Source of the DNA: a virus
Direction: 5' to 3' (one strand)
IMG/VR virus record: IMGVR_UViG_3300026097_001055
Coordinates: 1 to 64,000 of that record
DNA: 64,000 bases
The position numbers and the translations under genes were made by a program. Positions 16,341 to 26,900 of the stretch are shown in pieces (within the stretch, counting starts at the first letter, position 1; each line of letters starts with the position of its first letter). Under the pieces are notes generated by a model. The model did not search any database. It was not told the DNA's origin and saw only the letters and a list, made by a program, of their open reading frames with translations.

Positions 16341-16613
16341 ATGAGTACAAGAATAGAAATAATTTCACCAAAGGATTTAACATTGATATTGCCTTATTTA
16401 AGTGGTGATACTTCAACTGAGGTTACAATCATTACAGATTCAGACGGTATAATTGATACTATTGACACAACGGGTTTAACTTCGGTTGTATATGAGGTTA
16501 ATAGCGTAGTTGTAACATTGCCTTTTACTTTAGCAGTTGCAGATGAATTAGTAGTTAGTTTTGATTCAGCTATTTTGGACGGTCAAATTAAATTAGAAGG
16601 AAATTATGTCTAG
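16341..16613 (+). CDS. Hypothetical structural protein (90 aa)
   Basis: ORF in operon. Confidence 0.6.
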   Translation: MSTRIEIISPKDLTLILPYLSGDTSTEVTIITDSDGIIDTIDTTGLTSVVYEVNSVVVTLPFTLAVADELVVSFDSAILDGQIKLEGNYV

Positions 16614-17412
16614 GAAATTTGTATATTATGGAGCGGGAAAATCGGGAGGTTTAGACCCTGATGCGGAGGCGTTTCTAACAGCTACGGGAATTACCGACCC
16701 AACTATCACGAGTGCTATTGATACTTTAGTTAAGGATTTAAAATCAAATAGTTTGTGGAGTAAATTCAGATACATTTACCCATTTGTAGGTGGAACGGCT
16801 ACTACTAATAAATATAACTTAAAAGACCCTAGAGATTTAGACGTTGCTTTTAGGTTAACATTCTTTGGTGGTATAACGCATACAGTTGGTTTTAATCCAA
16901 ACGGTACGAATGGGTATGCAAACACGTTTTGTGCCGCTGCAAGTAATGTCACATACAATTCTGAGCATTTGTACATTACGTCTAATACTAACAATACACC
17001 TACTTCCAGCAACCCTGCTGATACAGGGACATTAAACTCTGTAAATCAAACATCTTTATTGGGAATTTCAACTGCTACAAATTCAGAGCAATTTGCATCT
17101 AGGATGAATCAGGCTGTTATTTCAGTTCTTAATGCAAATCGTATAGGTTCTTATTGTGCGACTAAAAACGGTAGTACTAATTTAAGATTGTTTAAAGACT
17201 CATTGTTAGTTGCTAACGGCACAAGCGTTGGTTCTCTGCCTACATTTTATAATTTAATAGGAACATTAGGACGTTCTCAAAGTGGCACAAATACAAATCA
17301 TTTCACCAATCAAAACTATACATTTGCAACTTACGGAGATGGACTTAGTGATACAGACGTGGCTAACTTAACAAGCATTGAACAAGCATTTAACACAACT
17401 TTAGGGAGATGA
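16606..17412 (+). CDS. Putative receptor-binding/LamG-like virion protein
   Basis: DPDAEAFLTATGIT...IYPFVGGT...GTNGYANT...LSDTDVANL...FNTTLGR pattern. Confidence 0.6.
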   Translation: MSRKFVYYGAGKSGGLDPDAEAFLTATGITDPTITSAIDTLVKDLKSNSLWSKFRYIYPFVGGTATTNKYNLKDPRDLDVAFRLTFFGGITHTVGFNPNGTNGYANTFCAAASNVTYNSEHLYITSNTNNTPTSSNPADTGTLNSVNQTSLLGISTATNSEQFASRMNQAVISVLNANRIGSYCATKNGSTNLRLFKDSLLVANGTSVGSLPTFYNLIGTLGRSQSGTNTNHFTNQNYTFATYGDGLSDTDVANLTSIEQAFNTTLGR

Positions 17413-17612
17413 TAGTAGCAAAATTAACACAGCAACAAGCAGATGAATTAAAGGGTAAAGAATATACTAAAGACAGCGTATTTAACCCAATACAAGATGC
17501 TAACGATAATTGGGTTATTTCCTTAGAAGAAGTAGAACAATGCGATATTAAATGGGTTAAAGAACTTCCTTTAATTGAATTTGAACCTAAGATTTACGAT
17601 GATTTAATTTAA
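17409..17612 (+). CDS. Small partner protein (67 aa)
   Basis: ATGA overlap with the upstream gene; FNPIQDANDNWVIS motif. Confidence 0.65.
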   Translation: MIVAKLTQQQADELKGKEYTKDSVFNPIQDANDNWVISLEEVEQCDIKWVKELPLIEFEPKIYDDLI

Positions 17613-17647
17613 AATACGTATAGCTTAATAAAAAATATGATAAAGTC

Positions 17648-18202
17648 ATGAGTTTTTTAGAAAAAACAATAATAGCAAGTGGGTATAACAATATTGAACA
17701 TTTTAGAAATAGTGCATTTCATCCTGATTCTATGACTAATACTACAATAACGGCAAGTATAGCTACAGGAATAGCTATAATGATAGAAACATTTTTAGGA
17801 ATACATCTGGTAGCTGTGTTAGTAATTTTAGGACTTTTCAGTTTAGAGTTATTTACAGGAATAAAAGCTTCATATAAAGATGGCTATGGTTGGTCTACTA
17901 AAAAGTTTGGTAAAGGATTTTTAAAATTAGCAATTTATACATTAATGGTTGGTTTTACTAATCTACTTGCTGTTTATGGACCTATAGAAACTTATTGGGG
18001 TTATGAATTCAATCATTATAAATGGTTACATTATCTCTTTAGTAACTTTGTTATAATCAATTATATTTTAAGTAATTTAGAAAACTTTATAAGATTGGGT
18101 TGGAAAGATCAATTTGGATTAGTTGAAAAAATTGCTAATTATTTTAATTTACATGTATTGACAATTAAAAAAGAAAAAGATGAAAAAAAGATTTCAAAAT
18201 AA
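17648..18202 (+). CDS. Holin-like membrane protein
   Basis: Several hydrophobic segments, TGIKAS...S.K...KL and SNLEN motifs; upstream of the amidase. Confidence 0.7.
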   Translation: MSFLEKTIIASGYNNIEHFRNSAFHPDSMTNTTITASIATGIAIMIETFLGIHLVAVLVILGLFSLELFTGIKASYKDGYGWSTKKFGKGFLKLAIYTLMVGFTNLLAVYGPIETYWGYEFNHYKWLHYLFSNFVIINYILSNLENFIRLGWKDQFGLVEKIANYFNLHVLTIKKEKDEKKISK

Positions 18203-18404
18203 AATCACTACAGTAATAGGAATATTTTTAATGTTAACAGGATTAATTCTTTATATAGGTAGTAAATTTGCAGATTATAAGTTAACTGTATTAGAATTAA
18301 GCGCAGTAATAACACTTGGTTGGGTATTTTTAACAGCTAAAGATACTCTTATTGAAGGTGTATTATTCAATGTATTTAAAATTAAAAAAGAAAATAATAA
18401 ATAA
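18180..18404 (+). CDS. Small two-TM membrane protein (lysis module)
   Basis: Two hydrophobic helices with basic termini. Confidence 0.65.
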   Translation: MKKRFQNKITTVIGIFLMLTGLILYIGSKFADYKLTVLELSAVITLGWVFLTAKDTLIEGVLFNVFKIKKENNK

Positions 18405-18410
18405 GTTAGT

Positions 18411-19349
18411 ATGAAGCTGTTAAATATATTTAAGTTTTTAATAGGACTGTTCAGTAAACAAAATTCAATTACTCAAGTAGAAAAAAAATCTGCAACTCAA
18501 TCCTTATCACATAATATAACTGTAGAAAAACCTACAGTTATTATAGAAGATCCTCTAGCTACAACAGATGTTAAAGAAAACGTTAATATAGAAAAAGAAA
18601 TCATTACTCAGCAACCTTCTTTAGACGAAGAATACAAATTGAAAAAACATTTTTTACCAAAAACGCAATATTTTAAAGGCCCTACTATTAAAAAATGGGC
18701 TTTTGGACATCATACAGCAGGTTGGCATAATCCTTATAAAGTAATTGATTCTTGGGGAAGAGATAATAGAGGTAAAGTAGCTACAGAATATGTATTAGGC
18801 GGTCAGAAAATAACTGATGGTAATAACGAGTTTGACGGAATATTAGTGAAAGCGTTCCCTGACGGAGGATGGGGATGGCATTTAGGCATAGGACGTAGAG
18901 AATTACATTCAAATAGTATAGGAATAGAGCTTAATAACTTTGGTTATTTAACTAAAGGTGGTTACTATAAAAGATTCAATGGGGAAAAAACTTGGATTAG
19001 AAAACAACCTGGTAAATTTTATACTTATGTTGGAACAAAAGCTAACCCTAATCAAGTAATAGAATTAGAAAAAAGTTTTAGAGGTTACAAATACTGGCAT
19101 TCATATTCAGAAGCTCAAATAGAAAAACTCAAACTTTGGTTATTAGAAATGGAAAATAAGTACAATATCAATCCACGTAAAGGTTTAGTAGAGCTAATAA
19201 AACAAAAAGGGGTATTTGAAGCTTTTAATTTCTGTAATATAGAATATGTACAAAACAACCCAGGTTTTTATTGTCACACTAACGTACAAAAAGGTAAGTT
19301 TGATTTATATCCCCACCCTAAGCTTGTAAAGATGTTATTAAATCTATAA
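18411..19349 (+). CDS. N-acetylmuramoyl-L-alanine amidase (Amidase_2-type endolysin)
   Basis: HHTAG, WHLG, NSIGIEL, YSEAQIEKL and HTNV...K.D motifs. Confidence 0.85.
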   Translation: MKLLNIFKFLIGLFSKQNSITQVEKKSATQSLSHNITVEKPTVIIEDPLATTDVKENVNIEKEIITQQPSLDEEYKLKKHFLPKTQYFKGPTIKKWAFGHHTAGWHNPYKVIDSWGRDNRGKVATEYVLGGQKITDGNNEFDGILVKAFPDGGWGWHLGIGRRELHSNSIGIELNNFGYLTKGGYYKRFNGEKTWIRKQPGKFYTYVGTKANPNQVIELEKSFRGYKYWHSYSEAQIEKLKLWLLEMENKYNINPRKGLVELIKQKGVFEAFNFCNIEYVQNNPGFYCHTNVQKGKFDLYPHPKLVKMLLNL

Positions 19350-19351
19350 TT

Positions 19352-19999
19352 ATGATTTTTAAAATGTTAAATATATTATTTGTAATAATAATATTAGGAC
19401 TTTTAATTTTAAATATAAAAAGCTGTCAAAAAAATAAAGCTTTTAAAAGCTCTGTAGAAAATATTTTAAGCTATAAAGATACCGCTAAAGTATATAAGTC
19501 TAAACTAGGAAAATATGTTTATTACAATGAAGATTTAAAAGTAACTTTAAAAGAACTTACTGTAACTAAAGATTCATTAATTAATTTGTTAGAAGATTTA
19601 AAAATTAAAAAGCCTAAAAACATTACCAAAATTATTACAGAAGTAAAGTATGTAGACGTTCCTATAATTTATAAAGACACTATTCCTTGCGATACTTTTA
19701 TTGAACCTTTTAAATATAAAGATAAATGGTTAACTATTAATGGTATAAGCAGTAATAATGGATTTATTTTTAAAAATTTAAATGTTACTAGCGGTATTAC
19801 TTTAGTTAAAGGTGAGAAAAAGAATGGTTTTTTTAAACAAAATGAAGAAGTAATTAGTGTAATATCTGATAATCCTTATTTAAAAGTAAATAATATTTCT
19901 AGTTATACAATTAAACCTAAAAAAAATTTTCATGATAAATGGTGGTTTAAAACAATATTATTTGGTACCGGTATCATTGTAGGAAGTAATTTACAATAA
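19352..19999 (+). CDS. Putative spanin-like membrane-anchored protein
   Basis: N-terminal TM followed by KSC, coiled coil and C-terminal hydrophobic segment; follows the endolysin. Confidence 0.55.
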   Translation: MIFKMLNILFVIIILGLLILNIKSCQKNKAFKSSVENILSYKDTAKVYKSKLGKYVYYNEDLKVTLKELTVTKDSLINLLEDLKIKKPKNITKIITEVKYVDVPIIYKDTIPCDTFIEPFKYKDKWLTINGISSNNGFIFKNLNVTSGITLVKGEKKNGFFKQNEEVISVISDNPYLKVNNISSYTIKPKKNFHDKWWFKTILFGTGIIVGSNLQ

Positions 20000-20032
20000 T
20001 AAAATTAATATTTATATTTTAAAAATAAAGTA

Positions 20033-20908
20033 ATGGAAGTTATAAAACTAGGTAAAAATATACATAAGTTAGCTTTTGAAAGTAAAAAAGCAAAAATAGC
20101 TCTTTTTTCAGATATTCATTGGGATAATCCAAAATGCAACAGAGAATTATTAAAAAAAGATTTAGACTATTGTTTACAGAATAATATACCCGTTCATATA
20201 AATGGAGACTTGTTTTGTTTAATGCAAGGAAGAGGTGATAGACGTAGTAGTAAATCAGATATACTTCCGGAACATAATAATTCAAAATATTTAGATAGTA
20301 TTGTTCAAACAGCTGTAGAATGGTTTACTCCCTATAAAGATATACTAACTGTTATTGGTTATGGTAATCATGAAACAGCTATAATTAAATGGCAAGAAAC
20401 TGATATATTGCAAAGATTTGTAGATTTATTTAATATAACAAATGATACTCAAATTTATACAGGGGGTTATGGTGGTTGGATGATTTATCAACTACAACCA
20501 CAAGGTAACACTAGAACATCATTTAAACATAAATATTTTCATGGTTCTGGTGGAGGTGGTGTTGTTACTAAAGGAGCTATTAATCTAACTAGAGCAACTG
20601 AAATGTATGAGGGATTTGATATTTTTAGTATGGGTCATATTCATGAAAATAGTTGCCGTAATGATTCTATTGAAATATTATCTACTCAAAATGGTGTTTA
20701 TAATGTCAAACTAAAAGAAATACATTTAGCTTTAACAGGTACTTATAAAGAAGAATATGAAGATGGCTCTAAAGGTTGGCATATTGAAAGAGGAGCTCCT
20801 CCAAAAACAATAGGTGGTAGAATTTTAGAAATAACTTCTAAAATTGAAAGAACTAAGAACCTTAAAAAAACTATTACAAAAGTAGATAGTTACAAATTTC
20901 CTATTTAA
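20033..20908 (+). CDS. Calcineurin-like metallophosphoesterase
   Basis: SDIHWD, NGDLF, GNHE, FHG and GHIH motifs. Confidence 0.9.
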   Translation: MEVIKLGKNIHKLAFESKKAKIALFSDIHWDNPKCNRELLKKDLDYCLQNNIPVHINGDLFCLMQGRGDRRSSKSDILPEHNNSKYLDSIVQTAVEWFTPYKDILTVIGYGNHETAIIKWQETDILQRFVDLFNITNDTQIYTGGYGGWMIYQLQPQGNTRTSFKHKYFHGSGGGGVVTKGAINLTRATEMYEGFDIFSMGHIHENSCRNDSIEILSTQNGVYNVKLKEIHLALTGTYKEEYEDGSKGWHIERGAPPKTIGGRILEITSKIERTKNLKKTITKVDSYKFPI

Positions 20909-21014
20909 AATATAGAATAAATAGCAATAATAATTTTTACTGATTTTATTTATATAACTTTTAGAAGTTTAAACTTTTTATGTATATTTGTTTAAACTTT
21001 TAATAATTAAAAAA

Positions 21015-21317
21015 ATGGAGAACACAAAAAACCAAGAAGCTTTGACTGCAGAAGAGATGCATCAGAAAAAAGCAGAAATGATCAATTTTTATAAGGAATC
21101 AATGCCTTATTTACAAGCACAGCATGAATATGAAGAGATGCTTTGTAAAATTGATGAAGTAAGATTTAAAAGAGCTAATATTCAGTATCAGTTTGCTATG
21201 ATGAATGCAGGACCTGAAGAAGAAGAAACTGATAAGATTGATACACTAAAAGAAGAATTAAAATCTGAAGCTCCTTTACAAAAAAAACCAAAAGGTAAGA
21301 AATTAAAAACTAAATAA
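21015..21317 (+). CDS. Hypothetical coiled-coil protein (start re-set to ATG 21015)
   Basis: MENTKNQE...; TATATTTG element upstream at about 20983. Confidence 0.7.
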   Translation: MENTKNQEALTAEEMHQKKAEMINFYKESMPYLQAQHEYEEMLCKIDEVRFKRANIQYQFAMMNAGPEEEETDKIDTLKEELKSEAPLQKKPKGKKLKTK

Positions 21318-21318
21318 A

Positions 21319-21699
21319 ATGGCTTTAGTAAATCGCATTGAAAAAAAGGCAGTTATGTCTAAATGGGATTTAGTAAAGTTTCAGATAATCACTTATTGTT
21401 ATCTTAATAGAATAACAGTAAGTGATTCTGAACTTAATTGTTTAACTTTATTAAGTTTTAACCAACCTGTTGAACTTAATGATTTTTGTTTTGACGTATC
21501 TGAAGAAGAATCTTGGATTTTTAAATCTTCTCAGTCAGTTAGAAATGCTTTAAACAAGTGTGAGAAAAAAGGACTTATTAAAAAAGACACTATAAACAAA
21601 AAAGTTATTCAACTAAATCCGGACATAAATCTTAAAATTGAAGGTAATTTGTTATTTGAACTTAAATTTTTAGCTAAAGATGATACCGAAGAAACCTAA
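21319..21699 (+). CDS. Winged-helix DNA-binding protein
   Basis: SDSELNCL...SSQSVRNALNKCEKKGLIKK...IQLNP pattern. Confidence 0.65.
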   Translation: MALVNRIEKKAVMSKWDLVKFQIITYCYLNRITVSDSELNCLTLLSFNQPVELNDFCFDVSEEESWIFKSSQSVRNALNKCEKKGLIKKDTINKKVIQLNPDINLKIEGNLLFELKFLAKDDTEET

Positions 21700-22099
21700 T
21701 GAAATAATTAAAGCTACAGCTGAAGAAATGAATATATCAGAAACTAAAGTAGATGATATAGTGAGTTTTTTCTATAAGGAATTAAGAAAAAATTTATCAG
21801 ATCTTACTGAATTAAAAATAGAAAATCCAGGTTTAGGCTATTTTATAATTAGATCACAAAAGGTTGATAACAGCATTAAGGATATTAACAGGCAATTAGA
21901 TAATGTAGATACTAAATCTTTCAAAGGGTATCATTCTAAAAAAACATTAGAAGATAAGCTTGAAAAACTTGAAAATATAAAGATTAAAATAAATGCCTTT
22001 TTTGAACACAAAAAAAAATTTAGAGATGAGCAAGCTAAGTACTATTTGGAAAAACAGAAAGCAAATAATGGAGGGACTAAAGAACTCCCTAATTCGTGA
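21680..22099 (+). CDS. HU/IHF-like DNA-binding protein
   Basis: IIKATAEEMNISETKVDDIVSFFY...IENPGLGYF, an HU/IHF pattern. Confidence 0.7.
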   Translation: MIPKKPNEIIKATAEEMNISETKVDDIVSFFYKELRKNLSDLTELKIENPGLGYFIIRSQKVDNSIKDINRQLDNVDTKSFKGYHSKKTLEDKLEKLENIKIKINAFFEHKKKFRDEQAKYYLEKQKANNGGTKELPNS

Positions 22100-22325
22100 T
22101 AAGTATGTAGAAGAAATAGCTGAAAAAAGATTAGCTATTTGCAATACGTGTTCTAAAAAAGATGATCAGGGTAAAAGTTGTATAGTTCCTGGAACACAAC
22201 CTTGTTGTGGTTCTTGTGGATGTTCACTATCTTTAAAACTAAGATCTCTTTCTACAGAGTGTCCTGATAAAAAATGGTCAGCGCTTGTTACAGAAGAAGA
22301 TGAAGATAAACTTTTAGAGTTATGA
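22026..22325 (+). CDS. Cys-rich small protein (start re-set to ATG 22026)
   Basis: RLAICNTC...CCGSCGC...K.RS...CPDKKW motif. Confidence 0.7.
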   Translation: MSKLSTIWKNRKQIMEGLKNSLIRDKYVEEIAEKRLAICNTCSKKDDQGKSCIVPGTQPCCGSCGCSLSLKLRSLSTECPDKKWSALVTEEDEDKLLEL

Positions 22326-22632
22326 CAAAGACTGTGTATCTTGTAGAAGAAAGAAGCACTCTTTATTGTACAAAATTAAGAAATCAAAATGCTATAGTAG
22401 AATGAATGATTTAAGAGAAAAAAAAGTTAATAGAAAATATACAGAAACTCACGGAGCTCATATTATTGCAGTAGTTATGGCCAAAGGTACTTTAGATTGG
22501 TTGAAAGATACAAAAATTTTTAATCAAAAGGAGGTCTATACTTTAACACAAATGTTGGATTCACCTGATTGGGATAATGCAAACTTAGCAATGGAATTAA
22601 TTAAAACTAGATTAAATGGGGATAGTATTTAA
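22322..22632 (+). CDS. Hypothetical protein(s); start uncertain
   Basis: The ORF track gives 22366-22632; C-terminal MLDSPDWDNANLA motif. Confidence 0.45.
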
Positions 22633-23446
22633 AGCAGACACGCATAGTTACACAAGTACTGATGAAGATATAATAGACTGGATATCTGTAACATCATTAG
22701 TATCTAATTTTAAAGAACCTTTTGATGCTAAAGCTGTAGCAGAAAAAGTATCTAAAAATAAGAAGTCTAAATGGTATGGATTAAAACCTAAAGAAATACA
22801 AGATATATGGAAAGCAGAGGCTTTAAGAGCTACTGAGTTAGGAACTTTTTATCACAACCAAAGAGAAACTGATATTTGTGCATTAGCTTCTGTTGAAAGA
22901 GAAGGTCAGCCTTTACCTGTATATAACCCTATAGAAGAAAATGGTTTAAAATATGCACCTGAGCAAAAGATAACAGATGGTGTATATCCGGAAATGTTAG
23001 TATATCTTAAATCTGCAGGTATATGTGGACAATCAGATTTGGTAGAAGTTGTTAATGGTAAAGTAATGATTATTGATTACAAAACTAATAAGGAAATTAA
23101 AACTGAGTCTTATAAGAATTGGGAAGGGATATCTAAAAAAATGCTATTTCCTGTACATCATCTAGATGATTGTCATATTAATCATTATGCTCTTCAATTA
23201 AGTATTTATATGTATATTATACTTAAACATAATCCTAAGCTTAAACCAGGTAGTATTTTTATCCATCATGTAACTTTTGAACAAGAGTCAGAAGATAAGC
23301 ATGGGTATCCTATTTATAAAAAATTACCAAACGGAGATCCTGTAGTAAAAGAAGTTATTCCTATTAAACTTCCTTATCTTAGAGATGAAGTAATATCTAT
23401 AATACAATGGTTAAAAGATAACCGTAATAAAATTAAAAAGAAATGA
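22616..23446 (+). CDS. PD-(D/E)XK exonuclease (Cas4/RecB-like)
   Basis: ISVTSLV, GTFYH, E...GICGQSDL, IIDYKT and HYALQLSIY motifs. Confidence 0.85.
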   Translation: MGIVFKADTHSYTSTDEDIIDWISVTSLVSNFKEPFDAKAVAEKVSKNKKSKWYGLKPKEIQDIWKAEALRATELGTFYHNQRETDICALASVEREGQPLPVYNPIEENGLKYAPEQKITDGVYPEMLVYLKSAGICGQSDLVEVVNGKVMIIDYKTNKEIKTESYKNWEGISKKMLFPVHHLDDCHINHYALQLSIYMYIILKHNPKLKPGSIFIHHVTFEQESEDKHGYPIYKKLPNGDPVVKEVIPIKLPYLRDEVISIIQWLKDNRNKIKKK

Positions 23447-23961
23447 TAGTAAAATTATTTGACCTACAAAATGGTAAAATAGTGCCTTCAGAACATTGTT
23501 ACACTATGGGCACATTAAAAAACATAATGGATAAATATCCGGAAGATCATCTTAAGATTTATCAGTTCTTATTTTATATGACTTGTCCTGATCCAGATTC
23601 TAATCCTTTCTTTCATGTACCTCATGCAGATAAAGAAATATTAATATTTAATGAATTAGATGCTGAATTCTCTACAGAAGATGAACTTATTAGAAGAGCT
23701 TTAGGATTTTGTGAAACTTTATATGAAACTCCTATTAAAAGAGCTTATGATGGTATAAGCAAAGCTTTAGATAGAATTGCAAACTACATGGCTACGACAC
23801 CTATTACTGATGGTAAAGATGGTAATATAGGTCAAGTAAGAGCAATGGCTAAAGATTTTGAATCTATTAGACAATCTTTCAAAGGTGCTTATAAAGATCT
23901 TCAGGATGAACAAAAGTCTAGAATTAGAGGAGGTGGATCTATGGCTTATGATCAGAAATAA
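23443..23961 (+). CDS. Conserved protein upstream of terminase (possible small terminase)
   Basis: Position directly before TerL; C-terminal RIRGG. Confidence 0.55.
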   Translation: MIVKLFDLQNGKIVPSEHCYTMGTLKNIMDKYPEDHLKIYQFLFYMTCPDPDSNPFFHVPHADKEILIFNELDAEFSTEDELIRRALGFCETLYETPIKRAYDGISKALDRIANYMATTPITDGKDGNIGQVRAMAKDFESIRQSFKGAYKDLQDEQKSRIRGGGSMAYDQK

Positions 23962-26900
23962 TGGAAGAATTTATAATAGACATTCCTACTTGGGATAAGG
24001 GTAATTGGACCACAACTACTTTTAATTCTCTAGAAGAATTTAAAGAATATATACTTTCTATATTTAAACTTCCTGGTCAATACAAATTTAATAAAGATTT
24101 GTTAGAAGTAACTAAACAAGAAGCTTTTAATTTTGAAAAAAAAGATTACTATTGCACTAAGCCTTTTATGTCTAAAGATTATGTGGATTATTGGGATTTT
24201 GAAAAAGCTAAATGTAGAAAAGGCTTGATAGTTAAATCAGGTAAAGATTCTTGGTTTATTACTAGAGATTACTACATGTGGTTAAACTTCCTACCTATCT
24301 TTGATAAAGAAAAAACTAAGTTTGGTTTTGCTAAATTAAGAGATGCTCAGTATCACATGGCTCTATATGAACTATTAGCTGAGCTTCATCATAAACATGC
24401 TGCTATTCTCAAAAAGAGACAAATAGCTAGTGAACAACCTCATAGTGAACCTGTATTAGGAGAACACGGGTGGACAACTATGGGTGCTGTTCAACCAGGA
24501 GATAAGTTATGGAACCCTGACGGTACCCTTACTACAATTTTACATAAATCAAATAATGGAGTAAGTGACGTTTATGAATTTACTTTTGGTGATGGTAGAA
24601 CTACACGTTGTGGTATAGAACATAACTGGGAAGTTTATGATAAAGCAGCTAAAAAAACAAAAGTATTAAATACTAAAAAACTTTTAGAAATAGGGATATT
24701 TTCAACACCTGTTAAAAGTAATAAAAAAATATATAATAATTATAGATTTGCTATTCAGACTTGTAAGCCTATAGAATTATTATCATCCCCTGTTCCTGTT
24801 GACCCTTATGTATTAGGAGCTTTATTAGGAGATGGTTATATAAATAATAGATCTGTTTATATATCTGGAGCTGATCAAGAAGTATTTGATAATATTCAAA
24901 ATAATCTAGGCACTGATTATCTTTTAAAAGAAACAGGTTATATGAAACAAAGCATAACCTATAAGAAAAGATTTACACATACTGGTAAAAAATACTCAAA
25001 TGATCAATATGGTGTAAACCCATTATTAAGAGAGCTTATTAAATTAGGTTTAGGTAATAAAGGTAAAAATACTAAGTTTATACCAGATTGTTATAAAACA
25101 TCTTCTATTAAAGATAGGATAGCTCTTATACAAGGAATGATGGATACTGATGGTTATGTAAATGCTCAAGGTAATGATTTACATTTTACTAATGTAAATA
25201 AAAGACTAATTGATGATTTTACAGAAGTTGCTAGATCTTTAGGTTTAAAAGTAAAATTAGATACTAAAGAAAATAAAAACGGTTTATTTTATAGAGCACG
25301 TATATCAGGTGATATTCAATTTGATATATTTAAACTTACTAGAAAACAAGAAAGATTTAATAAAAGAAAAAGTAAAACAACATTTACATTAGTTCCGATA
25401 ACTAATATAACTAAATTAGATTATCAAGAACAATCTTCATGTATAGTAGTAGATAATCCTAATCATTTATATATTACTAGAGATTATATAGTAACTCATA
25501 ACTCGTACTTTCATGCAGCTAAACTTATAAATCAACTTTGGTTTGAAGAAGGTGTTACTCTTAAAATGGGTGCCGCTCTTAAAGATTATATAAATGATAA
25601 AGGTACATGGAAATTTTTAGATGAATATTCTAACTTTTTAAATGAGCATACAGCATGGTATAGACCGCTTAATCCTAAAAAAGTATTAATGTGGCAACAA
25701 AAGATTGAAGAAAAAGTAAATGGCCGCTCTAGAGATAAAGGATTAAAAGGAACTATACAAGGAATGTCTTTTGAAAAAGATCCTACAAATTCAGTAGGGG
25801 GTCCAGTTAAATACTTTTTTCATGAGGAAGCAGGTATTGCTCCAAAGATGGATCAAACTTATGAATACATTAGACCTGCTTTAAAATCAGGATTTGTAAC
25901 TACAGGTTTATTCATAGCTGCAGGTTCAGTTGGTGACTTAGATCAATGTGGTCCTCTTAAAGATATGATTAATCATCCTAAAGCAAATGATATATATGCA
26001 GTAGAAACTAATCTTATTGATGAAAAAGAAACTATAGGTCTATCAGGTTTGTTTATTCCGGAACAATGGTCAATGCCTCCTTATATAGATGATTATGGTA
26101 ATTCTTTAGTAGAAAAAGCTTTAAAGGCTTTAAGTGAACAATTTGCTGAATGGAAAAAAGATCTTACTCCAGAACAATATCAATTGCGTATATCTCAGCA
26201 CCCAAGGAATATTAAAGAAGCTTTTGCTACAAGAACTGTATCAAAATTTCCACAACATTTATTATCACAGCAAGCTGAAAGAATTAGAGAAAAAGAATAT
26301 GCTTATGAATTTTTAGACATCTTTCAAAATGCTAAAGGTGAACCTGAAGTTAAAACTACTAACAAGATTCCAGTATCTGAATTTCCTGTATCTAAAAAAG
26401 CAACTGATAAAACAGGTGCATTAGTAGTATGGGAAAGACCTGTAGAAAATCCAGACTTTGGAATGTATTTTGCATCTATAGATCCCGTGGGTGAAGGCCG
26501 CACAACTACTTCAGAATCACTATGTTCCATATATGTATATAAACGAAAGATTGAGGTAACTAAAGTCAATGGTGATGAAGTTACAACCTATGTAGAAAGA
26601 GATAAAGTAGTTGCTGCATGGTGTGGTAGGTATGATGATATTAACACCACTCATGAAAGACTAAGACTTATTATAGAATGGTATAATGCCAAAACTCTTG
26701 TAGAAAATAACATATCTCAGTTTATAAACTATATGATAGGTATGAATAAACAAAAATATTTAATAAGAAAAGATGAAATGGTTTTTCTTAAAGATTTAGG
26801 ATCTAATAGTACAGTATATCAAGAATATGGTTGGAAAAACACTGGTAGATTATTTAAAGATCATTTACTGAGTTATGTTATAGAGTATGTTAAAGAAACT

